A DNA stretch of 50,735 bases, taken from positions 78,327 through 129,061 of the forward strand of contig NC_069002.1 of assembly GCF_001194135.2 (NCBI RefSeq), given 5' to 3'. A program made the position numbers and the translations under genes. Every line of letters starts with the position of its first letter. Within the stretch, counting starts at the first letter, position 1. This DNA is from Octopus bimaculoides. Lineage: Eukaryota. Shown here piece after piece: positions 13,270 to 26,177 of the stretch. The notes under the pieces were generated by a model, which worked only from the letters and a program-made list of their open reading frames with translations, was not told the origin of the DNA and searched no databases.

Positions 13270-13515
13270 ACTCAGCCAAAGGTGGGGGTCTGTCTTGCAA
13301 GCTGCATAGTGACCTCACTAGTCCTGGTGCCCCCAAAACAAAGCACCTAGTACACTTTAAAGTGGTCAGCATTATAAAGGGCATACAGTTATAGAAACCA
13401 TACCAGAGTAAACACTGGAATACAATGTTGTCTTCAGACCTGCTGGACACCAACACTTCTCAAACTGCCCAACCCATGCCAGCATGGAAATAAACATTTG
13501 ATGATGATGGTGACA
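13270..13515 (+). mobile_element. Diverged RTE-tailed element
   Basis: Ends in cccaacccatgccagcatggaaataaacatttgatgatgatgg. Confidence 0.6.
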
Positions 13516-14771
13516 ATGACGATATGTCAAGTTTTCTCTGTTGATGTGTGTTTGGAATACATCATAGGAGTATGTCAAATGGTATAATAGTAAATATAAA
13601 ACAACCCAATTCATATCAGTATGGTGGGGAGGGAACAATTTTGAAATGATGACAATCATTTTACATGCATGCATGTGTTTTAAAAGGTTATTCCTATTTC
13701 ATTCATCTCTTCATTGTTGTTGTTGTTGTTGTATGCTCCTCTCCCCATTTCCACCTTCCCTAAACCACCACACCCACCAAACCCACTGACTTCATAGAAC
13801 ATTATTTCAGACAGTAGTAGTCTAAGAACATTCAAGTGATTCACACCACAAATTCTTTTGCCAGCTTCCTCTAAGGACCGAAGCCACTCCACATCTCTTC
13901 CCAGATTGATTGCTATCTCTGGCTGTTGTTCTTTCAAGTAGCTCCTAACACTAAAAACTCTTAGGTCACATGATGTATTAACTGAACAACAAGCTGACTA
14001 CAATGACAACCAAGAGGACAACATAGTTGAAATATCTATAGACAACTATGAGGAATGAACTGTTTTTTGTTAAGGAATTTTTTTTATTCTGGAGAGGAGG
14101 GCCAGTTCTTTCCATTCTGATGGCCACCCACACTAAACTAAGCACTTTCTATTTTTACCTTTTGTCACATGCTACATTCCTCAAACTGATTTCCTGTACT
14201 AAATAGGAAGTTCGTCAATACAAACTTTTTTTGTTAAGTAGTTAATCAGGATAAAATTCTAACATGAGAAAACAAACAAAATAAAAAAGAATGTTTACGT
14301 ATTAAATGAAGTTTAACACTTAAGAGCCTTCTTGCACTTCAATCTGTTCCATGTGGGAAGTATATATATACCAATGACAATATTTCATAATTGAATGTTG
14401 TTGCTATTGTTGTTGTGTTGTGGTGTTATTTAGAACTGCAACTCTGTTACAGGAAATATCTATTAGAAGTCTGTTATTGGCACTGAAATGGATTTTTAAC
14501 AGCAAGAGAAAATAGCCAAAAAAAGAAATCTCTGGAAGATATCAGGAGAGCAGTGTCTCCAAAAAAAGAACTCATTTGGACCATGACAACCTGTTCAATC
14601 CATATAAGCATGGAAAGCAGACATAAAATGAAGATGGTAATGGAAATCCAGTAAAAGAATGTTTAAATAGATGTCTGACATGCTAAAAATAGCAGTCAGA
14701 TCTCCATTACATCACATCCTACAGGAATGCAAAAGCAGTAACCAAATTGCCTCAAATCACATCTTACAGTT

Positions 14772-14984
14772 TTAACCCTTTAGCATTTAAACCAACCATA
14801 TCAGACCAAAAAGTTCAACCTATTTTATGTCCAAACTGGTCAGATCTGGCCTCTCACACCAACCCTATAATATCATTGTAAAAATTAACAGTTACCTCAT
14901 CAAAATCTCAAAGCTATAAAATAATGCAGGATGCATTAAATGTCAATAAATAAGTTTGACAGAATGTGAGTGCAAAAGGGTGAA
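14772..14984. mobile_element. MITE family A copy
   Basis: TTAA|ccctttagcattt ... gtgcaaaaggg|tgaa, with family A internal sequence. Confidence 0.75.
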
Positions 14985-15404
14985 AGAAAAGATTTGTTGA
15001 ACAATGTGGTGCTCGATTATAGAGAAAGGCAGGGTGGATGTAGCTGGAATATCTTTGATCATCAGGAATAAACAGCACTGACGAGATGATTGACCTAAGT
15101 TAACAATGACCAGACTTTGCAAAAAATGATTTTTAAATGATGAAAAATCCAAGTTCTACACTAAGTAGATACATTATACTTGAATAAAAAAAGGAGGGGG
15201 GGTGGAGCTAGTCATAGCTGGAAAGCCTTTAATTATAGGCCTACTTGATTAGTATTGATCTGGAATTAAATTACAACATAGGGAAACCCTTGAAACATAT
15301 AAGCTATTTGACTGAAGATCTTCCCAATAGTTCTCAGTGAATCTTCTACTTTGATCTACAAGGACAAGTGTGACCTTTTGTTGAGCATAAAGAAACAGCC
15401 AACC

Positions 15405-15565
15405 AGTAGTTGTTTAGTCCAGATCAGTCCTCACTGAGCAGGTTCATGATCAAAGATGTTTCTACACTGACTTCCTTGTCCTTTTATGTATATTGGATGA
15501 CATTGTCCACATAGCCATCTTTTAAGACAGTATTTTCAGAAATGTTGCTACTATTTCTAGCATAG
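15405..15565. repeat. Short unclassified dispersed repeat family
   Basis: gttgtttag..cag.tca.cct.a.tgagcag...atgatcaaa...ttcca..gtgac recurs at about 5490-5620, 34555-34700, 35170-35290 and 36330-36480. Partial copies lie near 14690, 25450 and 29360. Confidence 0.55.
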
Positions 15566-16832
15566 CAAGGCTTGTAGGCACATAGAATATTTGTTTATTG
15601 CCATGGTAATAAGTAACAGTGAATTTGCTATAAAAAAAAACAAAAAGAACACATACAGCAAGTTAATGATTCAGACAGACAGACAGACATGAAAGTCAGG
15701 CAGAAAATGAAAAGCCTGTGTTAGAGCAGAAAGATTAAATCAAGAAGCAGGATGTGTGGTACAAATAAAAGCTGCAGCTGATGGCATTAGAATACAATGT
15801 TGAAAATTTGTAAACTCATATCCTGTTTGGCCAAACATTACAAGTTCACTCCTGCTATACGTTAATATGTTCCATGTGTCAATTTAGCCTGACCACTCTG
15901 AGACTTCATTTCACATCATGATAATAGACTTCAGATTAAATATTCAACGAAGGTGTGGCTGTGTGGTTAAAGATGTTTGCCTTGCAACCACAAGATCTCA
16001 GATTTAGATCACAGACAAGTATCTTCTACTATAACTTCAGTCAGACCAATGCCTTGTAAGTGAAATTGGTAGCCTGTCACATGTATGAATGAGTGAGTGG
16101 ACATTGCTTAAAAGAAAAACAGCATTCATGTTTATGTCCCATAATATAATGGTGTAAGCAAGTAGAGATTGCTAAGATAAACAAGAGACTTAAAAACCAG
16201 TATTGGGGTGGATGTGACTGACTGGAACCCTTCAAGGTGAAACCTCAACAAGGCCACAGTCCAATGAATGAAACAAGACCAAATAACTATGATGATTTTC
16301 TTTTTTTTTTTAATAAAATCTTAACAGAAAAAAATACATTTCAATCTTTTTTTTTTTTTTTACACTCAGTATACATAGGTACAAATAGTTTCATTTAAAT
16401 CTCATATGTAGATGCTATGAAGCAATGAAACCTGGACATTAAAAATAGCCAAAAAACAATAGCTTGATAAAGATAATCAATGATTTGCTAAATGAACTAG
16501 CTTTTAATTTACAATATAGATCAGTTAGAAGTAAAATCAGTTTGTGCATAAGAGACAGGCTAGAATAATAATTGTGCTCATAATATTTAAGCTTTAAAAA
16601 TGTTTCAAATTTTGGCAACAGACTAGATCATTATATCACTTGAAGTGAGTAGGGTTGGAAACAGGAAGGGTGGAGCAGCCTACCATGAAAAAAGTTCTTC
16701 CCTAATGTATTTTTATTTGACCCATGCAAACATTGAAAAGTAGTCATTAAAATGGTATATATTTTTAATACTTACATTTCTTTTTGAGTGTATTCATGTA
16801 TGTTAGTATATGTGCAAGTGAATGCATGTGTG

Positions 16833-16990
16833 TACAAGGGTGAGCAGAAAAGTTCATAGGCTGACTATGAAGGAGTGATGCTAGACTTGTGAACTCTTGC
16901 ATGCAGTAATTTCAACTCTTTAATAACTGCATTGTTTCTCTCCAGGTAAATTAGACAATAGAAGTGGGTAAGAACCTTATAGCTTAGTGT
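16833..16990 (+). mobile_element. Possible mariner 5' terminal fragment
   Basis: TA|caagggtgagcagaaaagttcatagg resembles mariner left ends (from memory). No partner TIR or ORF was found. Confidence 0.35.
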
Positions 16991-17149
16991 GCATGCATGA
17001 CAGAGTTCAATGTCATTTTGTGCCAAGTGGCTTCACTCTACATATTTATTCCTGTTATCATAGCAACAGGCCTAATACTTTTTAATCAGACCACGACTGT
17101 ACATGCATGCGTGCATGCGTGTGTGTGTGTGTGTGTACCGGAATCATTC

Positions 17150-17505
17150 CCACAACACAACACCATGGTTCATTCAGGTTCATTCCTACAACATGGGCAA
17201 GTGTTTTCTACGATAGCCCTGGCTCAACTAAAGCCTTGTGAGTGGATTTGATAGAAAGAAGCTTAAAGAAGCTCATCATGTATGTGTGTACCTTTATCTT
17301 GACATCACATGATTGCAAACGAATATCATAGTCATTCAAGTGATGTTGTTTGTTTCTAGTTTTCCATGAAAAACACATCCAGTTATAGGGAATGTTACCT
17401 TGCTTGGAAACAAGTTAGAATTAGTGGCCAAAGAAAATTTGATTAAAGAAATTCAGTTTGATCCATGCAAAGCATGGGAAAAAGACATTAAAATGATGAT
17501 GATAT
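17150..17505 (+). mobile_element. Composite SINE (family-2 head plus RTE-type tail)
   Basis: ggttcattcc...aaagccttgtgagtggatttg head, a central cttgacatcacatga block, and a tail ccatgcaaagcatgggaaaaagacattaaaatgatgatgat. Confidence 0.65.
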
Positions 17506-18679
17506 GGCTATATACTTTGTCCATTTAATTATTACTATTAACTATCACCACAATTTACTTTTCTTTTCACAAATGAAACTGACAAATTGATTTTTTACAG
17601 AATTATGCATACAACTTGGCTGCAATTACAACTTCGGGAACTAGCCAAATATTCTGAATTAATTATTAAAGATAGGTTTTCATTATGAGCTAAGGAGGAA
17701 TGCTTCACTAGTATGAACTGACATTCTGGTAAATAATGAAAATTCTATAAAAGAAAAAAAAAAAAGCTTAGGCACCAGCCCAAATTTTTGTCAGTGGTGA
17801 CAGTTGATAGAATCAATACCAATATATTACTGATATTATTTTGCAGTCTTTGTTTATGTGTTGTGGGATTAAATGAAAAGTTGACCTCTTTGGTATTGAA
17901 GGCAAAACAAATGAGATAAATACTGTTTGTTACTCAAGTTTGGGATGTGCATGGGTTAAGTGATAGGTGATATAAAAAACTTCAATTAAAGAATAAATTA
18001 CTTTTCACTATGCACTCACTATCACTGCCACCACCACCACCACCACCACCACATCTCTCTCTCTCTCCCTCCCTGTGCCTCTCTCTAATCTCACCATCAG
18101 AACATCACCCCTCAGCTAAAATTATATTCCTAACTCTCTATCTTCAACTAACATTTTTAACCACATAATAAATATTACGTTTCCCTTACTACATAATTTG
18201 GATGCTTCTCTCTCCATCTTTTCTCTTTCTGCCTCACTCTATGCCTTATCCTCTTTCCTGCTTTTCTTTCTTCCTCTTTTTCACTAATCATGTGACAGTG
18301 TTACCAATGGGCTAAGTAATGTAATGACAAGCAGACAGTTTCAAATTTTGGCAATTAAGAACCAGTCAAGTAGTGGGTTCAGTGTAATTGACTAAACACC
18401 ACCTCCTTAAAGTGTTGGTCTTGTGCTGAAATGTAAAACATTAGTAAGAGTATTATATCCTTTCTCAGAATTAAAAATAAAACAAAAAGTACACAAATGA
18501 AATTTTGTTATCCATACACCAGGACTCACTTCATCTCCTCACTCCAGCCAGCATCTGAGATATCCAAATACCAATGACTATAAGAACTTTCACCTAGTCC
18601 ATAATATCGTTATATTATCTACTTAATCATCATTATTGTTACAATTACTTGGAAAAATAGGAACACCTTAATATATGTG

Positions 18680-18729
18680 TATATATATATATATATATGT
18701 GTGTATATGTATATATGTGTATATGTATG

Positions 18730-18812
<83 letters not shown>
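18680..18812. repeat. Compound (TA)n/(TG)n microsatellite
   Basis: Read directly; it explains the HTHTHT/IYIY ORFs. Confidence 0.95.
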
Positions 18813-18816
<4 letters not shown>

Positions 18817-19432
18817 AGGCTTATTAAAATGGAAGTCCTGAGATGAATATCTATATTCAACACCCAGCTCCTCAAACATTAAGTAGTTACTTTTCAGAAG
18901 TCTCGTGTGTGTAAGTGGGGGGGGGGAAGTACTGTCTATTTATGTCATATCTGCCACACATCTTATTTTTACAAAGAAATGTCTTAAGTCCGTGAAAAAT
19001 AAAATCTACAAATTAGGGTGGTATTGTTGAATAATGCTGACAGGGATGGCTACTGTGTTGCTCCAATGCAGCACCTGCCTTCTCTATTAGTTGTGCTCAC
19101 AATCTGTTACCATTGCATATTCAGTGTTTATCCTAGTATGGACATCTAAATACAACAAGTATTATCAAAACAATAACAATGGAAATAAAAACATGATGAT
19201 AGAAGTGAAAGATTTTACTTCTAAGATAACAGTTAGAGTAGGGAAAGTACTTAAGCTAAACTGTTGCCTAGAAAGTATAAGTGAGAAACTATGCCAAGAC
19301 ATACGGCAATGAAGTGGAAGAGAGAATTCTGGAGGGCCAGGACAGCAAAAATATAAGAATGAAGAAAACATAAATAATAGTTACAGACTGCTTAAGAACT
19401 TCTGTTACCATACTTCTATCAAAATACACCAT

Positions 19433-19660
19433 CTTTCATCATCGTCATCTAGCATCCATTTTCTATGATGGGTTTGACAGTTTGACAGGAGCTGCTAGCC
19501 AGAGAGGTGCACCACGCTCCAATTGTCTGTTTTGGGTGGATTTCTATGGTTGGATGCCCTTCTAACATCAACCACTTTACAGTGTACTGGGTGTCCCTTA
19601 CATGGTACTGGCATGGGTGCCACTTACGTGGCACCAGCATGGCTGCTTTTTACCCACAAA
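19433..19660 (-). mobile_element. Diverged RTE 3' UTR copy
   Basis: catcatcgtcat...gggtttgacagtttgac...ggatgcccttctaacatcaaccactttacagtgt. Confidence 0.65.
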
Positions 19661-19900
19661 CTTTCAATACAAGTAGGTATCTATGAATTTTTGATAATAT
19701 TTAAGTGTAATTTCTACTGTACTTTTTCTTGGAGAACATCCAAAACGAAATATTTTAATACCTCATTTGTGAAATTTGGATGAATATTTTAGGAAATATG
19801 ACAATTTAAATGGTCAGTGAAACGGTTGAATTTTGCATAATTTGAGTTAATGAGTAAGTAGCTATATTCGTAATATCATATCTTTGAAACTGAGGTGATA

Positions 19901-20498
19901 ATCATCATCATCATCATCATCATCGTTTAGCTAGGTTGACTCAAAGGCCCTTCGATTCTAGTCCTTGCTTCCACACCTGGAACTTCTCTAGTTCTGATAG
20001 TGACTCAGCAATTAGGGCAAGGTCATCAGCATAGAGGAGCTCTCAGGGGCATTTTGTCTTGAATTCCTGTGTTATTGCCTGGAGGACTATGATAAATAGG
20101 AGGGGGCTGAGGACTGAACCTTGGTGGACCCCTACCTCTACCCAGAATTCTTCGCTGTACTCATTGCCAACCCTCACCTTACTGACAGCGTCCCTGTACA
20201 TGGCTTGCACACCTCTCACTAACCATTCATTTATCCCTAGTTTCCTCATTGACTACCAGATAAGGGATCGGGGGACCCTGTCAAAGGCTTTCTCCATGTC
20301 AACGAAAGCCAGGTACAGGGGTTTATCTTTGGCTATGTATTTCTCCTGCAGCTGTCTTGCCAGAAATATAGCATCAGTGGTGTTTTTCCCTGGCACGAAC
20401 CCAAACTGCATCTCATCTAAACTGACTCTCTCCCTTATTAGTTGGGCTATGACCCTCTCCATGACTTTCATTACCTGATCCAACAACTTACATCATAG
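19901..20498 (-). pseudogene. RTE LINE reverse-transcriptase fragment, about 190 codons in one frame with in-frame stops
   Basis: KLLDQVMKVMERV..QFGFVPGKNTTDAIF..FVDMEKAFDRVPR..GVHQGSVLSPLLF..P*ELLYADDLALIA..KGL*VNLAK. YADD is at 20022-20033. The reading is followed directly by (GAT)n at 19901-19924. Confidence 0.93.
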
Positions 20499-21170
20499 TA
20501 TCAAATTAGATCCAGGAAATTTAGTTTCTCCATCTTATATTAATGAATAAAGTGAGATGTTAGAGAAAGATAAATGATGCTTGCAATATTGTTACTCATA
20601 CATTTATATGACAGTCAAAAAAAAAAAACGAAAAACAAAAGAAACCCCTGCTTTGGAACTATTTTCAGATTTCTTTGAGGATAACAACTGGAATTCAACA
20701 GCAGTAGTATATTATAGAACCTACTAAAGTAGTTTCTTTCTTCTGCTCGAATCAATTAATAAATTTTAAGGGTGTGGTTACATAGTCAACAAATCTGAGA
20801 TTCCATGATTATCTAGTTCATTCGAGCAACAGGCAAAGCTATTCCAAATCCTTAAATCCTTCCCCCACACCTCTCTCTCTCTCTCTCTCTCCATCAACAG
20901 ACAAGAGATTTTACAATGATTATCAAAGAAAGACTACAGCAGCAGTAAATATAGATGCACAGTTGAAATTCCAAGAAGTAAGCCATATACTTCAAATTAG
21001 CCACATAAAATAAAATGCTGTCATAATTACTGATCACAGTAAAAGACAAACTTCAGTAAATTTTAATAGTTTGTATTTAATAACTATTAACAAAAATTTT
21101 AATTTCTTTTACTTCAGTTTTGATAGTGACTTGCCTGCTGAGACTGTTTTAGATTGATTCTATGACAGCA

Positions 21171-21429
21171 CATCATCATCATCATCATCATCGTTTAACG
21201 TCCGCTTTCCATGCTAGCATGGGTTGGACGATTTGACTGAGGACTGGCGGACCAGATGGCTACACCAGGCTCCAATCTGATTTGGCAGAGTTTCTACAGC
21301 TGGATGCCCTTCCTAACGCCAACCACTCAGAGAGTGTAGTGGGTGCTTTTACGTGTCACCCGCACGAAAACGGCCACGCTCGAAATGGTGTCTTTTATGT
21401 GCCACCCGCACAAGCCAGTCCAGGGGCAC
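21171..21429 (-). mobile_element. Young RTE 3' UTR copy A with (GAT)n tail, 5'-truncated
   Basis: Nearly identical to the reverse complement of 22857-23115. Confidence 0.88.
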
Positions 21430-22821
21430 CACTTACAAAATGTTTGTTTTTAAATGAAAAATCTTCCATTGTAATTTTATGTAAAAACATTTTTACTAAG
21501 TTCTATGCAAAACACTAACATTGTAACAAAAAAGTTAGTTTACTAAATCCCAAATTACTTTTAAAATCATTCAATTCATAGCAATAATATATTTCTTTAA
21601 AAATAGTGTCATGAATGAGTTAAAACACTTTATTTAAAATCAAAATACAAAATTATTTTCAAGTCTACAAATTCAAAATTTAATCATATTTCTAGTGTAA
21701 GGACATTGACATTGCACTTTGGAAGTAATCAAGAGTTTGGTGGGATATACAAAAATAACTTTTCAATTCCTTATTAACCTTTTGTTTGGAATGTATCTTA
21801 AGATTCTTGCATTAAAATATCATGGAAAGTCTAATATAAGTCTTCTGTTACATGAAGAATTTATTAAGACTAACTGTCATTATTAAGCTGTTATTTGGAA
21901 CATAAATTAACATCAAATATTGATGGAAGGTTGTTTGTTTTAGATCACTTTATAATAGGTTTGTATCACAGAACAAGGGGCAGTCTTGGACAGGACAGTA
22001 TTAAAAAGGTTAAACACATAAACTTTAAAATTGAGACCTCAGATAGGTTATACAAATATTACAAAAAGTTTAGTAGTCCTTTCTTAAAAATTTTTATTCA
22101 AATAAACAAGCTAAACATTTCTTAATGACAAGTAGAGACAAAAAATCACATTTATTGATTACATCATTAGATAACATTAACACGTGATCATTACACTATT
22201 AGCCAAAGCTGAGAAAGTAGATTGAATGACAGTTTACATTGAAAGCTAAGTCTGACTAATAACAATAATATCATGCCAGCCTGCAAAAGCAGCTAACATC
22301 CTTAATAGACAAACATTAAGTGGCAGTGTTATACTTAAAATAAGCCAAGGAATAAGAAGTCTAAGAATAAATATATTAGATATGGTAAAGTAAAATTTTA
22401 CATAGGCAACAGCTTTCTTTTTGTTGTTGTTTTCCTATTGCTCACATCTGCAATACCAAAATAGACTGCAGTGTGCTGGATCTGATCCCAGTTTTCAAAG
22501 TGCTAACTGGTTGAAGGGAGACACCACTTCACATAGAAGGGAATTCAATCTAACACAGATTTGCCAAAGTAAAGAATTTGAGCACAGTGCTGAAAATTAG
22601 TACAATGCTGGTCACTAACATTAACTGTACCACACTAGTTACACCTAGAGAGGAGGAGCTATGTCTCACAGGGCATGTCTACAGCTAGATGGACTGAACA
22701 ACTGTGCAGTATATCAATTTTAGCATACCAGAGTTATCTGAACTGTGTTACAATATTTTAGTGTATTGTCGATAAGCTTTAAGTGTGTTGCAAAATTGAG
22801 ACAAACCAGATCATAATTTTT

Positions 22822-23115
22822 GGCTCCTGTAGGATTTTCGAGCGAGATCGTTGCCAGTGCCCCTGGACTGGTTTGTGCGGGTGGCACATAAAAGACACCA
22901 TTTCGAGCGTGGCCGTTTTCGTGCGGGTGACACGTAAAAGCACCCACTACACTCTCTGAGTGGTTGGCGTTAGGAAGGGCATCCAGCTGTAGAAACTCTG
23001 CCAAATCAGACTGGAGCCTGGTGTTGCCATCCGGTTTCACCAGTCCTCAGTCAAATCGTCCAACCCATGCTAGCATGGAAAGCGGATGTTAAACGATGAT
23101 GATGATGATGATGAT
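22822..23115 (+). mobile_element. Young RTE 3' UTR copy B with (GAT)n tail
   Basis: gagatcgttgccagtgcccctggactgg (shared with bases 24-50 of the window) through gttaaacgatgatgat. Confidence 0.88.
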
Positions 23116-24059
23116 TTGGCTGCAGTATAATATATTGGAGATATGATAACAACTAGACATGTGACTGATGACCCATGATTCAATGTTAAACTGCCAAAAA
23201 ATTCAATGTACCACAAAATATTTTTTAAAGCAGCTTGTCACTAATGTGAAACATTTAGTAAGTTCTGTAGTACCTGAACCATCTACCCTTCTGTTGGTAA
23301 GTTGCCCCTCATCCCACTTACTGATCCTACCAGCTGCATGTTTCCAGAAACAAAACAAAATACATAAAAAAAAAAGATGGTGGGTGGGAATGTAAAATAA
23401 ACGAAGGAAACAATGACATAACTGACAACCTAAAAAACAGAAAAAAAGATTCGTTTCACTTCAGTTTCAACTTGGGTTGTGGTTGTTCTGTTTAAACAAG
23501 ATAGCTACCACAATAAACACAAAGTTCAATGGTTTAAAAGGTCAATTATCAGTAAAATCCTAACAAAGTCATTAATAATTAACTCACCAACTAAAAACTT
23601 ATGGTTAACTTAGTTAATTAAGTAAAGTGAAGAGAACAATACAGATATTTGTTTGTAAAATTTTAATCCTTGAAGAATAGAAATTTTTTCAAATATGAAG
23701 AATTATTAACAAGTCTCTATACCAGTGCCAGCCAACATTGTCATGAAACCCTGACATCATTATCATCCCTGTTTAATGTCCATTTTCTAAGCTAGCATGG
23801 GTTGGATGGTTCGACAGGAGTTGGCCAGCCAGAGAGCTGTCCAGACTCCAGTTGTCTGTTTTGATATGTCACTGGGATTTACATGACTTTTTAAAAGATT
23901 GTGGAACTCACACCGATATATTATATACAGCCCCTACTCCTCATCCACTAACTTCAATAAAACATTAAAGGAGTCAAAAACTGCTGTAGTGAGAGAATTA
24001 AAAATAATAAGCTATTATAATATGAATAATAGCTTATAAGAATAAACTGTTAGAATTCT

Positions 24060-24465
24060 AATTTTGGCACAAGGCCAACAATTTTCAGGAGAGTGGGAAG
24101 TACCAGGGCTCAACTGGTACTTTATTCCACAACCCTGAAAGAATGAAAGTTAAAGTTGACTTTGGCAAAATTTGAACTCAGAATCTAAAGAGCCAAAAGA
24201 AATGCCACTTAGTATTTTGTCTGATATGCGAATGATTCAAGCCAGCTCACTGCCATAATAATAATAATAGTCTTAAATTTTAGAATAAAGTCAGCAGCTT
24301 TGAGAGAAGTGGGATTAGTAGATGCCATTGATTCTAGCACTTGACTGGTGATTTATTTTACTGAACCTGGAGAGATGAAAAACGAAGTTGATTCCAGTAG
24401 AATTTAAATTCAGATGGTAACAAGTCAGAAGAAATACTGCTAGGCATTTTGTCTGCTAGAAAATA
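24060..24465 (-). mobile_element. Two adjacent diverged SINE family 1 copies
   Basis: Both carry atttgaactcaga / atttaaattcaga (B box on the minus strand) and ctggtact/ctggtgattta cores. Confidence 0.65.
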
Positions 24466-24565
24466 ATAATGGAGGTCACTCTCCTTGATTTTGATGTACA
24501 AGTGTATGAAGGAAAGGATTTAACAAAATAGAAACAAAAAAGGTTAAAAATACAAGAAACTGCAT

Positions 24566-25010
24566 TCATTTGCAATGGATACATGAATGTAATTTGAGTC
24601 CAGGTATGGATTTTGCAGTGAAGTCACAATGGGGACAATGATGACTTCCATTTTGCCTGGGATTGGACAAATGTATCTGTTGACTGCAGGATATAATTCT
24701 TTGATTGTTCTGTTTCTTCAACTCAAATCGTTTCAAATGAATCATCAAATATTTTACGCCATTCAGATAAATCTAGGCAATAACTTTCCCAAGATGTTAA
24801 ATTAAGCTGTGGAGATTTTACTGATTATTTCAACTTCTCTTTATACATAAGGAAGGGCTTTTCTTTGCTGCAGACTCCTTCTACTTGTTGGTCATACAAA
24901 AGAATTTTCAGAATGCGATCATTTTGCATTTGAACAACATGTCCTGCCCATCTGCACTGAATTCTCAGCTGCATGCCTTTGATATTAGAGCTATCACATT
25001 TTTCTAAGCT
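24566..25010 (-). pseudogene. Old RTE-type LINE ORF C-terminus with terminal C2H2-like zinc finger
   Basis: Minus-strand reading: QLRIQCRWAGHVVQMQNDRILKILLYDQQVEG..YKEKLK*..SWESYCLDLSEWRKIF, then after a frameshift CPHCDFTAKSIPGLKLHSCIH. Confidence 0.8.
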
Positions 25011-25100
25011 TTTGACATTTGATGTATAATCTTGCCATTTGTTACTTTCTATCTATCTTCCTATTATTATTATGAACTTGTATTTTCTGCCTCTATTCTT

Positions 25101-25324
25101 TTAACTCTTTAGCATTTAAACTGACCATATCCAGCCAAAATATTCTGCTTTATGTTCAAATTGGCCAGATCTTACCCTTATACCTACTCTACAATGCTAT
25201 TCTGAAAATAAACTAACACATCATGAAAATCTTGAAGCCACAAGATTATGCATGATTAATTTAAAACAATGATGAATAAATAAGCATTGCATTTGACAGA
25301 CAAATCTGAATGCTAAAGGGTTAA
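25101..25324. mobile_element. MITE family A copy, full length
   Basis: TTAA|ctctttagcattt ... aatgctaaaggg|TTAA. Confidence 0.82.
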
Positions 25325-25589
25325 ATTCACCTTCCACTACTAGCATATCACTACTTCCTATTAAAGCACTATCTCATTCTAGAATAGATCACAACTATAA
25401 TGTTGGCTGCTGATAGTCGGCAGGGAACTCACAAGCCAATGGAGGAACTTTTATATAGTCACTCCGTCTGCTAGAAATAACAATCAAATCTACCTCAAAT
25501 ATCATCTCAAGAAAGACATATTAGATAATTAACTAGTCCTAGTTAACCTAAAAAGAGATGGAATAATATTGACTGGTGTTCATTACAGA

Positions 25590-25910
25590 TTTCATCCTTT
25601 CGGGGTCAATAAATTAAGTACCAGTTATGCACTGGGGTCGATGTAATCAACTTAATTCCTTTGTCCTTGTTTGTGCCCTCTATGTTTAGCCCCTTGTGGG
25701 CAATAAAGAAATAAGAATCCTTACTACATTAGACAAAATACTTAGCGTTTCTTCTAGGTCTTTACATTCTGACTTCAAATTTCACCAAAATAGACTTTAT
25801 CTTTTGCCCTTCCATGGGGTCAATAGTACCAGCTGAGCACTGGAGTCTATATAATCAACTTGCCTCCACTCACACACCCTCAAAACTTGTTCCTAAATTT
25901 GAAACCATAT
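25590..25910 (+). mobile_element. SINE family 1 partial copies in tandem
   Basis: cctttcggggtcaataaattaagtaccag...gccccttgtgggcaataaagaaata, followed by a second diverged core. Confidence 0.7.
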
Positions 25911-26177
25911 TAGAACATATCTCACACAGTATATAGCATGTTCAACAGTTTTCAAAAAGCTAAAAAAGAATTTCTTTTTGCTGGTATTGTTTGGTTCCAG
26001 GGCCACCCTTACTGAAGCAGATCTGTGAAGGGTCATTTTTCTACAATGACTAGCACCTCTTTTATTCAGAACGTCATTAACATCCAATATGTTGTCCCTC
26101 TTCGAAGGTTATAAGATGTGATTTGAGGGAAGACTGACTGTTATTTTTAGTTTTCAAATGACTACACAGGAATTCTT

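Noticed and set aside
13680-13937. 85-aa minus-strand ORF (EQQPEIAINLGRDVEWLRSLEE...)
   Set aside because: No ATG start, no recognisable family and no convincing splice sites. It may be an unrecognised old repeat.
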